Of a DNA stretch of 64,000 nt, positions 42,618 to 52,877 are shown piece after piece (the first letter of the stretch is position 1; the number at the start of each line of letters is the position of its first letter). Under the pieces are notes generated by a model that worked only from the letters and a program-made list of their open reading frames with translations, was not told the DNA's origin and made no database searches. Position numbers and translations under genes: made by a program. The DNA lies in the NCBI GenBank assembly GCA_963707505.1, contig CAVPQB010000003.1, positions 736,001 to 800,000 of the forward strand, written 5' to 3'. This stretch comes from an uncultured Gemmatimonadales bacterium (GTDB lineage: Bacteria; Gemmatimonadota; Gemmatimonadetes; Gemmatimonadales; Gemmatimonadaceae).

Positions 42618-43634
42618 TCAGTCGTCCTTCTGTCCGAACACGGCCATGTTCGAGCTGTGTCCCGGCGCGACTTTCTTATCCGGATAGATCCAGTGCACTG
42701 CCTGGTTCACCGCGGTCGCGGCCTCGGCGAACCCTGTCGCGATCAGCTTGAGCTTGCCGGGATAGGTGCAGATGTCACCCGCCGCATAGATGCCGGCGTG
42801 GCCCGTTTCCATCTGGCTGTTCACGACGATCTCGTCGTTCACGAGCTCGAGTCCCCACTCGTTCAGCGCGCCGAGATCGCTCACGAAGCCGAGCATCGGG
42901 AGGATCACGTCGCATTCCACACGCTCGAGCTCTTTCGATTTCACGTTGCGAAGCGTGACTGCATCGAAGTATTCGCCGGCTGAGTGGATGTCGTGCAGCT
43001 CGTGGAATGTGAAGACCTTGGTGTGCCCGGTGTGCACGGACGCCAGGACGTCGGCGACAGTTGCTGCATGGGCGCGAAAGCGATCGCTGCGGTGAACCAG
43101 TGAGATTGCTTCCGCCGTTCCGCGCAGCTGCTGCGCCCAGTCGAACGCCGAGTCGCCGCCCCCGATTATGATGACGCGCTTGCCGCGGAACTGCTCGAGA
43201 TCGAGCACACGATCCTGAATTCCCTTCCCGTACCACGGCTCCGCGACCGCCTGCGGCAGCCGGCGCGGCGAAAAGGCTCCGATTCCAGCCGCGAGAACCA
43301 GCGACCGCGTTGGAAAGCGGTCGGTGCTGGTTACAAGGACGAAGTGCCCGTCGTGCTCCTCGAGCCCGGTCACGTGTTGATTGAGATGCACCGGCTCCCC
43401 GAACTGCGCTGCCTGGCTCTCGAGCGAACGCACCAGATCCTTTGCGAGCACCCTGGGAAAGCCAGCCACGTCGAAGATGTATTTCTCGGGATAAAGGGCA
43501 GTCAGCTGCCCGCCAGCCTGAGATAGCGCGTCCACGACCTGGGCGCTCGCGCCGCGCATTCCGCAGTAGAATAGGCCAAAAAGTCCGGTTGGGCCGGCAC
43601 CTAATATCGTTACGTCTTTGATCTCGTGCTCCAT
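42618..43634 (-). CDS. Thioredoxin reductase-type ferredoxin--NADP+ reductase (YumC-like)
   Basis: GAGPTG, GGQLTALYPEKYIFD, GGGDSAFD, YAAGD, KLKLIATGF. Confidence 0.88.
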   Translation of the reverse strand: MEHEIKDVTILGAGPTGLFGLFYCGMRGASAQVVDALSQAGGQLTALYPEKYIFDVAGFPRVLAKDLVRSLESQAAQFGEPVHLNQHVTGLEEHDGHFVLVTSTDRFPTRSLVLAAGIGAFSPRRLPQAVAEPWYGKGIQDRVLDLEQFRGKRVIIIGGGDSAFDWAQQLRGTAEAISLVHRSDRFRAHAATVADVLASVHTGHTKVFTFHELHDIHSAGEYFDAVTLRNVKSKELERVECDVILPMLGFVSDLGALNEWGLELVNDEIVVNSQMETGHAGIYAAGDICTYPGKLKLIATGFAEAATAVNQAVHWIYPDKKVAPGHSSNMAVFGQKDD

Positions 43635-43655
43635 AGTGGCGAAATTTACCCGGAT

Positions 43656-44207
43656 ATGACTATGAAGATCTACACGAAGACCGGCGACGCGGGCACGACC
43701 GGGCTCTTCGGCGGGGGCCGAGTGCCGAAAGACGACTCGCGCGTCGACGCTTATGGCGACGTCGACGAGCTGAACGCCGTTCTGGGCGCCGCACGCGCGA
43801 CCAGCCCGATGCCACGAGTCGACGAAGTATTGGTCGCGGTGCAGCGCGACCTCTTCGCGATCGGCGCTCTTCTGGCGACGCCTGACGTCGAGAAGATGCA
43901 CGCGCACCTCGCGAAGGCGCGCATCGACGAGGCTCGGATCGAAGAGCTGGAGCGCGCAATCGACGCCTGCGACAACGAGCTGGAGCCGCTCAAGGCGTTC
44001 ATCATTCCCGGCGGGACTCCAAAAGCCGCCGCACTCCACGTGGCGAGAACCGTGTGCCGGCGCGCCGAGCGTAAGGTGGTGCACCTGCAAAACTCGGTCG
44101 AGCTTCCGAAGCTGACAGTGGTTTATCTCAATCGCCTTTCCGATCTGCTCTTCTCGCTTGCGCGCGTCGCGAACAAGCGCGCTGGCGCCGGCGAGGTCAC
44201 GTGGTAG
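43656..44207 (+). CDS. ATP:cob(I)alamin adenosyltransferase, PduO type
   Basis: KIYTKTGD.G.T, YGDVDELN, ARTVCRRAER, YLNRLSD. Confidence 0.92.
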   Translation: MTMKIYTKTGDAGTTGLFGGGRVPKDDSRVDAYGDVDELNAVLGAARATSPMPRVDEVLVAVQRDLFAIGALLATPDVEKMHAHLAKARIDEARIEELERAIDACDNELEPLKAFIIPGGTPKAAALHVARTVCRRAERKVVHLQNSVELPKLTVVYLNRLSDLLFSLARVANKRAGAGEVTW

Positions 44208-45328
44208 ATCAGGCGACGCGATCGACGCGGGATCCTGTCTCATTCATAGATGCTGGCGGCTATGAGATAAGCGTCGCTGCCGGACTGCTCGGCCGCGCTG
44301 GCGAAATCGCTACTGCTGCGGCGCCCGCCCATCGGTATGCGGTGGTTTCCGACAGCAACGTCGCACCGTTATACGCATCCCGGCTGGTCGAGCAACTCGG
44401 ACGGTCTGGCGAAACGGTTCCGTTATGCACGGTGCCTGCCGGCGAGGCGCACAAGACCCGCGAAAGCTGGGCGACGATAACCGACCAGCTGCTCGAGGCG
44501 GGACTGGGCCGCGATTCGGCGATCATCGCCCTTGGTGGCGGAGTCGTTTGCGATCTGGCGGGCTTCGTCGCTGCGACATTCATGCGCGGGGTGCCGGTGG
44601 TCCACATACCCACAACGCTGCTGTCGATGATCGATGCGTCGATCGGCGGCAAAACCGGCGTCGATACGCCGCATGGGAAGAATCTGGTTGGCGCATTTCA
44701 TCAGCCGCGCGCCGTGATAATCGATCCGGAAGTGCTTGATACGCTTCCGGTTAGCGACCTGCGGGCAGGCCTTGCGGAGGCACTCAAGCATGGTGCGATC
44801 GCCGATGCAGCCTACTTCGACTTCATCGCCAATTCGGCACCTCTTCTACTTGCGGAGGAGCCGCACGAGCGTGACGTTCTTGCCCTGAATCACGTCATCG
44901 AGAAGAGCGTCCGGCTCAAGGTTGGGGTGGTCGCGGCTGATGAACGGGAAAATGGAGCGCGTAAAGCCTTGAACTTCGGTCATACGATAGGACACGCAAT
45001 CGAGCTTCTCAGCGGATTCGGCATGCGGCACGGCGAGGCCGTCGGAGTCGGGATGGTGCTGGAAGCTGCGGCCGCGGAGCGTGAAGGTGTGACCGACGCC
45101 GGAACATCGGTTCGTATCCGTGAGGCGCTTCTGAGAGCTGGTCTTCCGACCACTCGTCCGGCGGGCCCGTCGGTATCCAGCATCCTGGAATCGATGCGTG
45201 GCGACAAGAAAAGCAGAGCGGGTGAGATCGAGTATGCGGTGCCGACGCGCATCGGAGTGATGGCAGGCGCAAGGACGGGCTACGCGGTCCGTCTGTCGGA
45301 CGCCGTTGTCGCCGAGGTCCTCGCGTGA
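44201..45328 (+). CDS. aroB: 3-dehydroquinate synthase
   Basis: GEAHK, ALGGGVVCD, PTTLL, DASIGGKTG, KNLVGAF, LNFGHTIGHAIE, HGEAV. Confidence 0.95.
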   Translation: MVDQATRSTRDPVSFIDAGGYEISVAAGLLGRAGEIATAAAPAHRYAVVSDSNVAPLYASRLVEQLGRSGETVPLCTVPAGEAHKTRESWATITDQLLEAGLGRDSAIIALGGGVVCDLAGFVAATFMRGVPVVHIPTTLLSMIDASIGGKTGVDTPHGKNLVGAFHQPRAVIIDPEVLDTLPVSDLRAGLAEALKHGAIADAAYFDFIANSAPLLLAEEPHERDVLALNHVIEKSVRLKVGVVAADERENGARKALNFGHTIGHAIELLSGFGMRHGEAVGVGMVLEAAAAEREGVTDAGTSVRIREALLRAGLPTTRPAGPSVSSILESMRGDKKSRAGEIEYAVPTRIGVMAGARTGYAVRLSDAVVAEVLA

Positions 45329-45834
45329 AGCGCTGGGAGGTGACTCGGGCGACAGTTGCCATTCTCGTCGCCGCGGTCTTCGTGAAGACCGGAATCGCTC
45401 GCCTTCCCAATACCAATCCAGCACCGTTCCGTCACCCACCCGTGCTGGTGTATGCTCCTCGTCTGCTGCCACCGCTGATCGTCCGGGCGGAGCGGATCAT
45501 TCCGAAGATTCCGAAACTCAGGAGTATTTTCGTGCGGGCGCCAGTCGGGAAGGCGCTTCAGGTCTCGTTGACCCAGTACTGCCTTCAGGGGACCACTCGC
45601 CGCGACCACTGGGTCAGAGAGGGAATTGTTGCGGCCGATCCGCGCATCTTCCCTCTCGCACATTACGTCGAGGTTTTCCTCGGCAACCACTACCTCGGCC
45701 GCTTTCTCGTGGATGATACTGGCGGGAAGGTCAAGGGAAGAACGCTGGACATCTGGAATCCGTCTTGCTCTGAAGCCAGGAGGTTCGGTCGGCAACGCGG
45801 GACCGCGACACTCGTCATGAAACCGGAGAAATGA
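45325..45834 (+). CDS. Exported 3D-domain (MltA-like) protein
   Basis: N-terminal hydrophobic segment; VAADP, DDTGG, LDIW three-Asp pattern. Confidence 0.7.
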   Translation: MKRWEVTRATVAILVAAVFVKTGIARLPNTNPAPFRHPPVLVYAPRLLPPLIVRAERIIPKIPKLRSIFVRAPVGKALQVSLTQYCLQGTTRRDHWVREGIVAADPRIFPLAHYVEVFLGNHYLGRFLVDDTGGKVKGRTLDIWNPSCSEARRFGRQRGTATLVMKPEK

Positions 45835-46013
45835 TGTCTGCCTTCACAACGTATCTGATCGGCTTTTTCGTGGTCATCGTAGGTCTCGCCATTGGGGCGT
45901 ACCTGCTGAACGTGCCTACCACATGGATTGCGGTCGGCGTTATCGTGCTGGTCGGGTTGGGCATCCTCAAAGCCACGAGCCGCGCACGTCAGAAGGATCC
46001 GCCGACCGGCTGA
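45831..46013 (+). CDS. Small two-TM membrane protein
   Basis: 60 aa, two hydrophobic helices, ATGA overlap with the upstream stop. Confidence 0.65.
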   Translation: MMSAFTTYLIGFFVVIVGLAIGAYLLNVPTTWIAVGVIVLVGLGILKATSRARQKDPPTG

Positions 46014-46176
46014 GCGGGACGGTACGCGAAGCAGCTCGGCGCGCAATTGGTACCGGCCAGCGCCAGCGTCGCGCCACTTGGGTGACAGATCACATTCCTT
46101 TGGCACGAAATATGGCTGTTGACCAAACTGGAAGCGCCCATTAGTCTGACTGCTTCAGCCCATCATTGGAGCGTCT

Positions 46177-47073
46177 ATGCCGGCAGTGGTCGTCGAGAGC
46201 AGGCCAAAGGGATTTGCACGTTCGTCTCCCTCCACAGCCTTCGACCAGTACCTGCACGACATACAAAAACTTCCTCTGATCACGGACGTCGAGGAAGAAC
46301 GAAGACTGGCCCGACGAGCGCAGGGTGGCGACGAGCGGGCGGCGGAGAGGCTGGTGACGGCGAACCTTCGCTTCGTCATCTCCTACGTGAAGAAGTATCA
46401 GGGGCACGGACTCGATCTCAGCGAGCTCGTAGCGATCGGCAACGAAGGGTTGCTGAAGGCAGTCAGGAAGTTCGATCCGGACCAGGGCGTCAAGTTCATC
46501 TCCTACGCCGTGTGGTGGGTTCGGCAAGCGGTGCTCAAGGCGTTGGCCGAGCAGACGCGATCGGTGAGAATCCCGCTCAATCAGAATTCACAGCTCATCA
46601 AGCTGTCGCGCGCCGAGACGGTGCTCGCGCAGGTTCTGAAGCGCGATCCGACAGACAGCGAGCTTGGCAGGCTGCTGGAAGAGACGCCGGACACCGTGCG
46701 TGCGTCGCGGCAGATGTCGGCGACGGAAATCTCGCTGGATGCACCAATCGACCGCAGCGATCGTGAGGCATCGACGCTGGGCGAGCGCTTTGCAGGAGTG
46801 GATGGCGGTGAGATCGAGGAAGTGACCGATTTCAAGCTCATGCGCGAGTCGATCGACAGGGCCTTCAAGAAGTATCTCACGCCGCGCGAGCGGAAGATTC
46901 TGTACCTGTATTACGGGCTCGGTCAGGATTCGGAAGCGATGACGCTCGAGAAGATCGGATCGCTGCTAGGAGTGACGCGGGAGCGGATCCGTCAGATTCG
47001 CGAGCGGGCATTCGAGAAGCTGCGTCAGTCTCCGGATGGTGGAGCACTGTCGGGGTTCTGGGGCGCGGCGTAG
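46177..47073 (+). CDS. RpoD/SigA-family sigma-70 factor, short form lacking region 1.1
   Basis: QYLHDI, ANLRFVIS, GNEGLLKA..KFD, FISYAVWWVRQA, TLEKIG, TRERIRQI. Confidence 0.92.
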   Translation: MPAVVVESRPKGFARSSPSTAFDQYLHDIQKLPLITDVEEERRLARRAQGGDERAAERLVTANLRFVISYVKKYQGHGLDLSELVAIGNEGLLKAVRKFDPDQGVKFISYAVWWVRQAVLKALAEQTRSVRIPLNQNSQLIKLSRAETVLAQVLKRDPTDSELGRLLEETPDTVRASRQMSATEISLDAPIDRSDREASTLGERFAGVDGGEIEEVTDFKLMRESIDRAFKKYLTPRERKILYLYYGLGQDSEAMTLEKIGSLLGVTRERIRQIRERAFEKLRQSPDGGALSGFWGAA

Positions 47074-47099
47074 CAATCCGGACAGGTGTGAAAGTGCAA

Positions 47100-47133
47100 C
47101 GAGGGCCCGTGGATGGGGCCCTCGCTTTATTTT
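47100..47133 (+). terminator. Probable intrinsic terminator after the sigma factor gene
   Basis: CGAGGGCCC-gtggatg-GGGCCCTCG followed by CTTTATTTT. Confidence 0.65.
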
Positions 47134-47140
47134 ACCCATT

Positions 47141-48025
47141 GTGATCCCCGCGTTCGTCAACGATGCTGCCGGCACCGCTTCCGCGGCGAAGCGTGCGCTG
47201 GAAGAGACCGGCGGTTTCGAGATTCACGCTGTTCCGCCGAACGAGTTGGAGAGCAGCATTCGCAGCGCGATGGCGTCGAAGCCTGCGCGAATCGTCGTCG
47301 CAGGCGGTGACGGAAGCGTCGGAACCGCAGCTCGTGTGTCATGCGGAACGGAGACGGCCCTCGCAGTGCTGCCTGGCGGGACGCTGAACCATTTTGCGCG
47401 CGATCATGGAATTCCGGTCGACATGCAGCAAGCGGCCGCAATTGCAACCGATGGCGAAGTCGGGCATGCGGACGTTGCCTACGCCGACGACCGTCTTTTT
47501 CTCAACACCAGCTCGGTGGGTGCGTACGTCGCTTATGTTCGCCTTCGCAATCGCGCGGCGAAATATGTCGGGTATCGTATCGCCAGCCTGCTTGCCGCAC
47601 TGCGCATGTTCATCTCGATGCGTCCTGTTTCCCTGGAGCTGGACGTCAACGGCGAGCGGCGCAGTTACAGCACGCCGATTGTCTTCATCGGCGTGGGTGA
47701 GCGTGAGACGCGCTCGCCCACGCTGGGGAATCGGATTGCCGGAGGGCGGCAGTGTCTGCATGTGATCGTCGTGCGGGAACGGCGGGCGGCACGATTGCTC
47801 GTTGTGGCACTCGACGCAGCGACGCGTGGACTGGACAGCGTGGCGCGCACGCCGGAGCTGGACAGCTTCATGGTGGACTCGTGCACGATCAAGATGGGCG
47901 GAAGACAGCACCACATAGCGGTCGATGGCGAGATAGTCGCACTCGGTATGCCGTTGCAGTATCGCCTGTCGAAAGACGCGCTCAAGATCGTCATTCCGTC
48001 GGAGCACGCCGTGAGCGTTGCATGA
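47141..48025 (+). CDS. Diacylglycerol/lipid kinase family protein
   Basis: AGGDGS, LPGGTLNHFARD, FLNTSSVG, VDGE. Confidence 0.85.
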   Translation: MIPAFVNDAAGTASAAKRALEETGGFEIHAVPPNELESSIRSAMASKPARIVVAGGDGSVGTAARVSCGTETALAVLPGGTLNHFARDHGIPVDMQQAAAIATDGEVGHADVAYADDRLFLNTSSVGAYVAYVRLRNRAAKYVGYRIASLLAALRMFISMRPVSLELDVNGERRSYSTPIVFIGVGERETRSPTLGNRIAGGRQCLHVIVVRERRAARLLVVALDAATRGLDSVARTPELDSFMVDSCTIKMGGRQHHIAVDGEIVALGMPLQYRLSKDALKIVIPSEHAVSVA

Positions 48026-49488
48026 CGACCCAACCTGTCACCGGAATCGTCGACAAGCTGCGCGCCATCGTGGGTGATCGATTCGTCCTGGTACGCGACG
48101 CGGAATTGCTGGCGTACGAATCGGACGGCCTGCCGGGTTATCACAAGCGTCCCAGCGTCGCGGTATTCCCCGGATCACGCGACGAGGTTGTCGAAGTAGT
48201 ACGGTTGCTTGCAGAGTCCGGGACACAGTTCGTTCCGCGTGGTGCGGGAACGGGACTGTCCGGTGGTGCGCTCGCTGACGACGTCGTGCTGCTCGGTCTG
48301 CACCGGCTCAAGGCCGTGCTCGACATGGACATCGCGCGGATGCGCGCGACGGTCGAGCCTGGTGTCGTCAACGCGGTGCTGAACAAGCGGCTTGCGCCTC
48401 ATGGTGTGTTCTACGCACCCGATCCATCCAGCGAGGCGGCGTGCACGATTGGCGGAAACATCGCCGAAAATTCCGGTGGTCCGCACTGCCTCAAGTATGG
48501 TGTGACGCTGAATCACGTTCTCGCTGCTACAGTTCTGCTTCCGGACGGCGAGATAGTCGAGCTGGGCGACCGTGATGGTGGCATGGCAGGCTACGATCTG
48601 CTTGGCGCATTCGTGGGATCGGAAGGATGCTTTGGTGTTGCGCTGGACATAACCGTGCGGCTTACTAGGAAGCCAGCTGCCGTGCGGACGGCGCTCGCGG
48701 ATTTCATGGACGTTGCGGATGCATCGCACGCGACGTCGGCGATCATTGCATCGGGCGTGGTTCCCGCGGCTCTCGAGTTCATGGACAGCGGAGTGATCCG
48801 TGTGGTCGAGCAATCGATATTCGCCGCCGGTTATCCCGTTGACGCAGCCGCCATTCTATTGATCGAAGTGGACGGGACCGTCGAGAGCACAGATGCGGAC
48901 ATGGATCTTGTCCGCAAGCTGTGCATGGAATGTGGCGCGCGAACCGTGCATGTGGCGACAAATGAGACCGAGCGAGCGCGGTTGTGGCAGGGCCGGAAGA
49001 AAGCCTTCGGCGCGATGGGGCGCCTCGCGCCAAATCTGGCGGTACAGGACGCGGTGATTCCGCGCACGCGTCTGGCGGAGATACTGGCGCAGATACACGC
49101 GATCGCCGACTCGCACGGAGTGACGGTGTGCAACGTATTTCACGCTGGTGACGGCAACCTGCACCCGAACATCTCCTACGACGCTGGCGATCCGGATCAG
49201 GCACGGCGCGTGCACGAGGCGATGGCCGCAATGATGCAGGCGTGCATCGCGGCCGGTGGGAGCATAACGGGTGAGCACGGTGTGGGACTGGACAAGCTGC
49301 GCTACATGCCGCTGCTGTTCGACGAGCCGACGCTTGCGGCGATGTGCGATCTGCGCACCGCATTCGACCCGGCGCGACGCTCCAATCCAGGGAAGGTCGT
49401 TCCCGTGCATTCATGTCGCGAGTGGCATGGAGCACCGGCAGTGCGTGCTGGTGAGATTGCAACAGAGGTGACACCGGATGCGCGGTGA
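48022..49488 (+). CDS. glcD: Glycolate oxidase-like FAD subunit GlcD
   Basis: PRGAGTGLSGG, YAPDPSS, GGPHCLKYG, GSEG, HAGDGNLHP, GEHGVG, NPGK. Confidence 0.9.
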   Translation: MTTQPVTGIVDKLRAIVGDRFVLVRDAELLAYESDGLPGYHKRPSVAVFPGSRDEVVEVVRLLAESGTQFVPRGAGTGLSGGALADDVVLLGLHRLKAVLDMDIARMRATVEPGVVNAVLNKRLAPHGVFYAPDPSSEAACTIGGNIAENSGGPHCLKYGVTLNHVLAATVLLPDGEIVELGDRDGGMAGYDLLGAFVGSEGCFGVALDITVRLTRKPAAVRTALADFMDVADASHATSAIIASGVVPAALEFMDSGVIRVVEQSIFAAGYPVDAAAILLIEVDGTVESTDADMDLVRKLCMECGARTVHVATNETERARLWQGRKKAFGAMGRLAPNLAVQDAVIPRTRLAEILAQIHAIADSHGVTVCNVFHAGDGNLHPNISYDAGDPDQARRVHEAMAAMMQACIAAGGSITGEHGVGLDKLRYMPLLFDEPTLAAMCDLRTAFDPARRSNPGKVVPVHSCREWHGAPAVRAGEIATEVTPDAR

Positions 49489-50147
49489 CGCAGAGATCTC
49501 GGCCGCGGTGCGCGAAGCGATAGCCGATCACACGGCGCTTCGCATCGTCGGACGCGGAACGTGGCTCGACGCTGGATCACCGGTTTCGGCGAGTGCACAG
49601 CTCGTGCTCGCCGACGATCACGGAATCGTTGCATACGTGCCGGACGATCTCACGATAACGGTACGTGCGGGAACCACGCTACGCGAGCTGGACGAGGTAC
49701 TTGGCGCGACATGATCAGTGGATCGCGCTGGATCCGGAAGGCGGCACCGATGTCACAATTGGTGCGACGGTTGCGACATGCTCGTACGGGCCTGCGGCGG
49801 CGTTCTTTGGAACGCCGCGAGATCAGGTGCTGGGCATGACCGTGGTGCTCGGAACGGGAGAGGTGATACGTGTAGGTGGAAGAGTGGTGAAGAATGTCGC
49901 CGGCTTCGATCTCACGCGACTCATGATCGGTGCGTGGGGAACGCTCGGCGTCATCACCGAAGTTACGCTGCGCGTGCGGTCGCGGTCGATGCGGGGGGAT
50001 TCGGTCTCGCACATGCGCCGCCAGCTTCCGGAGTCGCACGGGTATCGCAGGCCCGAGATCGTCCACGATCGACTTTCCGCGGCGCTGATGCAGCGCTTCG
50101 ATCCGCATGGTGTGCTGAATCCTGGAATCATGGCAACGGAGCGATGA
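49478..50147 (+). CDS. glcE: GlcE-like FAD-binding subunit, short (one apparent frameshift, ~49705)
   Basis: GIVAYVPDDLTITVRAGT / GGRVVKNVAGFDL...GTLGVITEV...FDPHGVLNPG. Confidence 0.7.
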
Positions 50148-51409
50148 CGCAGCCAACCAGGCCGCCGTGCGCTGACACGCCACTCGCGCAGGAGCAGGCA
50201 GGGCTCGACGCGTGTGTGCACTGCGGGTTCTGTCTGCAGGCGTGTCCGACGTATCTGGCGCTGGAGGACGAGAACGACTCACCGCGCGGACGGATCGTTC
50301 TGATGCGTGCGCTGGCTGACGGGAAGCTGGCGCCGAGTGATCCGGATTTGCGAGAGCACATCGATCGCTGTCTCGGATGTCGTGCGTGCGAGACCGCGTG
50401 TCCGTCCGGCGTGCCGTATGGACATCTGCTGGAAGCTACGCGTGCGACGCTACGCGGCGGGCAGGCACCGACGGCCGCTTCGCGCGCTCTTCTTCGTGTA
50501 TTCGCGCACCGGCCGTTGATGCGTGCCGCGATGGCCCTTGCGCGGCTCTTGGCAGCGACACCGATTCCGACGCTGTTGATGAAGCTGCCTGGAAGACTGG
50601 GCTTCGCGATGGCGATGCTCGCGTCCACCGAATTTCCACTCGAGCGCGGCAAGTATCGCGCGGAGGGTGACGGGGCGAACGGTAGCGCTGCGCTGCTGCT
50701 GGGCTGTGTGATGGAGGGACTGTTCACAGCGACGAATCGTGCTACCGAGAGAGTACTGACGCGGAATGATTATCGCATGACCGCTGCACCGGGACAGGGC
50801 TGTTGCGGCGCGCTGCACGCGCATGCCGGTGATCTGGGCGCGGCCCGCAGGCTTGCGCGGCGCAACATCGTCGCGTTCGAGCGTTCCGGCGCACGATACG
50901 TGGTCACGAACGCAGCAGGTTGTGGCGCGATGATGAAGGAATACGGGCATCTGTTGAGCGGTGATCCCGAATGGGCCGATCGCGCACGCGAAATATCGTC
51001 TCGCGTGCGAGACGTGAGCGAGCTTCTGGCTGCGGCCGGTCCGCGCTCGGGCGGAGTAATTCCCTTCACCGTTGCGTATGATGCGCCGTGTCATCTGCAG
51101 CATGCGCAGCGCGTGACGACCGCTCCAATCGCCGTACTTCAGGCGATTCCGGGTGTGCAGCTGGTACCGCTGGACGAGTCGGATCAATGTTGCGGCAGTG
51201 CCGGCATCTACAACCTGATCGAGCCGGAGACGTCGGACGCTGTGCTGGAACGGAAACTGGATCGCATCGGCGCGTCTCATGCTGCGCTCGTTGCTACCGG
51301 CAATCCCGGTTGTCTGATGCAGATCGGCGCGGGATTACTTCGGTCCGACATGCGAGCGCGCGCGGTGCATCCTATAGATTTACTGGATGCCTCCTACGCT
51401 GCTGATTGA
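50144..51409 (+). CDS. glcF: Glycolate oxidase iron-sulfur subunit GlcF
   Basis: CVHCGFCLQACPTY, CLGCRACETACPSGV, two CCG domains, NPGC. Confidence 0.9.
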   Translation: MTQPTRPPCADTPLAQEQAGLDACVHCGFCLQACPTYLALEDENDSPRGRIVLMRALADGKLAPSDPDLREHIDRCLGCRACETACPSGVPYGHLLEATRATLRGGQAPTAASRALLRVFAHRPLMRAAMALARLLAATPIPTLLMKLPGRLGFAMAMLASTEFPLERGKYRAEGDGANGSAALLLGCVMEGLFTATNRATERVLTRNDYRMTAAPGQGCCGALHAHAGDLGAARRLARRNIVAFERSGARYVVTNAAGCGAMMKEYGHLLSGDPEWADRAREISSRVRDVSELLAAAGPRSGGVIPFTVAYDAPCHLQHAQRVTTAPIAVLQAIPGVQLVPLDESDQCCGSAGIYNLIEPETSDAVLERKLDRIGASHAALVATGNPGCLMQIGAGLLRSDMRARAVHPIDLLDASYAAD

Positions 51410-52391
51410 CAGGTCCGACCGCGCTCGAATCGAGCTTTCCGGAACTCACGCGGTCGCAACTCTCAACGGTCTCGTCACCAACGATGTAGCTGCGCTGAAA
51501 GCTGGCCATGGTCAGTACGCGGCAGCTCTCACTGCGAAGGGCAAGATCGTCGCGGATATGATATTGCTCATGCTGGATGACAGGATTCAGGTGCATGCGT
51601 CTCCTGCATCCGCTCCCGGATTGCGCGCGATGTTCGCCAAGTTCGTGAATCCGCGTTTTGCCACGCTCACCGATGTCACGGACAGGACTGGCGACGTCAC
51701 GCTCGTTGGTGATCGTGGCGCCGAGTCGATCGTGCGCGCATCGAACGGAAGTGTGAATGCAGAGGAGCTGTCAGCGTTGCCACACTTCTCCTTCATCTCT
51801 GCAACGATAGGCGGCGCGTCTGTGATGATCGTTCACCTGCCGCCGATCGGCGCCGACAGTGAGCGCGTCTATTCTGCGATCATGCCGCGTGATGCGCTGG
51901 AGAACGTACGGTCGGCGTTCCGCGATGCGGGCGCAGTCGACGCGAGTGTTGAAGCGATGGACACCTTGCGAGTGGAGAGCGGATTCCCGGAATGGGGAGT
52001 GGACATGGACGAGAACACGCTTCCGCAGGAGGCAAATCTCGATGACATGCACGCGGTGTCATACACAAAGGGATGTTACATCGGCCAGGAGACCGTGGCG
52101 CGCATTCACTTTCGCGGACATGTGAATCGCAGTCTTCGCAGGCTCAAGTTTTCGAACGGCGTGATACCACCGCGCGGGGCCGTGCTTCAGGATGCGGAGC
52201 ATCGCGGCATCGGCGACGTTCGCAGCACTGCGAGAAGCGACCGTGACGGCGCGATTGGAATCGGCATGGTGCGGCGCGAGATCGACGACGGGCAGGCGAT
52301 CGACGTGCACTGGGATGGCGGCGGCTACGACCGCGGTCGTGGCGGGAAAAGCAAAAGGCGCGATCGAGTGATCGCGCCTTTTGCTTTGTGA
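51387..52391 (+). CDS. ygfZ: YgfZ/GcvT-family folate-binding protein
   Basis: Signature SYTKGCYIGQE; LVTNDV, LRVESG.P. Confidence 0.8.
   Translation: MPPTLLIDRSDRARIELSGTHAVATLNGLVTNDVAALKAGHGQYAAALTAKGKIVADMILLMLDDRIQVHASPASAPGLRAMFAKFVNPRFATLTDVTDRTGDVTLVGDRGAESIVRASNGSVNAEELSALPHFSFISATIGGASVMIVHLPPIGADSERVYSAIMPRDALENVRSAFRDAGAVDASVEAMDTLRVESGFPEWGVDMDENTLPQEANLDDMHAVSYTKGCYIGQETVARIHFRGHVNRSLRRLKFSNGVIPPRGAVLQDAEHRGIGDVRSTARSDRDGAIGIGMVRREIDDGQAIDVHWDGGGYDRGRGGKSKRRDRVIAPFAL
52348..52387. terminator. Bidirectional intrinsic terminator between convergent genes
   Basis: AAAGCAAAAGGCGCGATC-gagt-GATCGCGCCTTTTGCTTT (18-bp arms). Confidence 0.8.
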
Positions 52392-52401
52392 GCTGTGAAG
52401 A

Positions 52402-52635
52402 TTACGGCTTCTTCATTGCGTTCTTTGCTGAATCGGCGAGTGCCTTGCCGGAATCCAGCATCTTCTTGGCGGTATCAGTCATCGCTTTGGAGCTATCCAT
52501 CATCTTCATTGCAGTGTCAGTGGCTGTTGCGGGTGCTGCGGCTGCCGGCATGGTGGTGTCGGTAGCGGCCTCATCCTTCTTTGCACAAGCTGCTACTGCG
52601 AGTAGGGCGACGGCGACGAGGGCCAGGCGCTTCAT
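52402..52635 (-). CDS. Small low-complexity lipoprotein
   Basis: MKRLALVAVALLAVAAC lipobox; AGGAG RBS upstream; followed by a terminator. Confidence 0.8.
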   Translation of the reverse strand: MKRLALVAVALLAVAACAKKDEAATDTTMPAAAAPATATDTAMKMMDSSKAMTDTAKKMLDSGKALADSAKNAMKKP

Positions 52636-52877
52636 ACGAGAATCTCCTTAGAGAGGTTCAGAGGGTGATCGCCCGGGTCCGTGCACGCAGTCGCGATGCC
52701 CGGATGTGGCGCGGGGTCGAATCTATGTCTACCAGAATCGGTGTCAAGTACCACGACCCCCGAGCTAAATTACGATGTACATGAGGGTTTCGCGACTGGT
52801 AGACCTATATCCGGATGCCTGACTAGCAATAATCGCGCTACGCCGCTGACAACCCGCCGAACTCAACCGAGAGTAGT

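Noticed and set aside
46101..46116. Sigma54 promoter upstream of the sigma factor (TGGCACG...)
   Set aside because: The -24 element is good but the -12 reads ATGG and the GC is one base out of register
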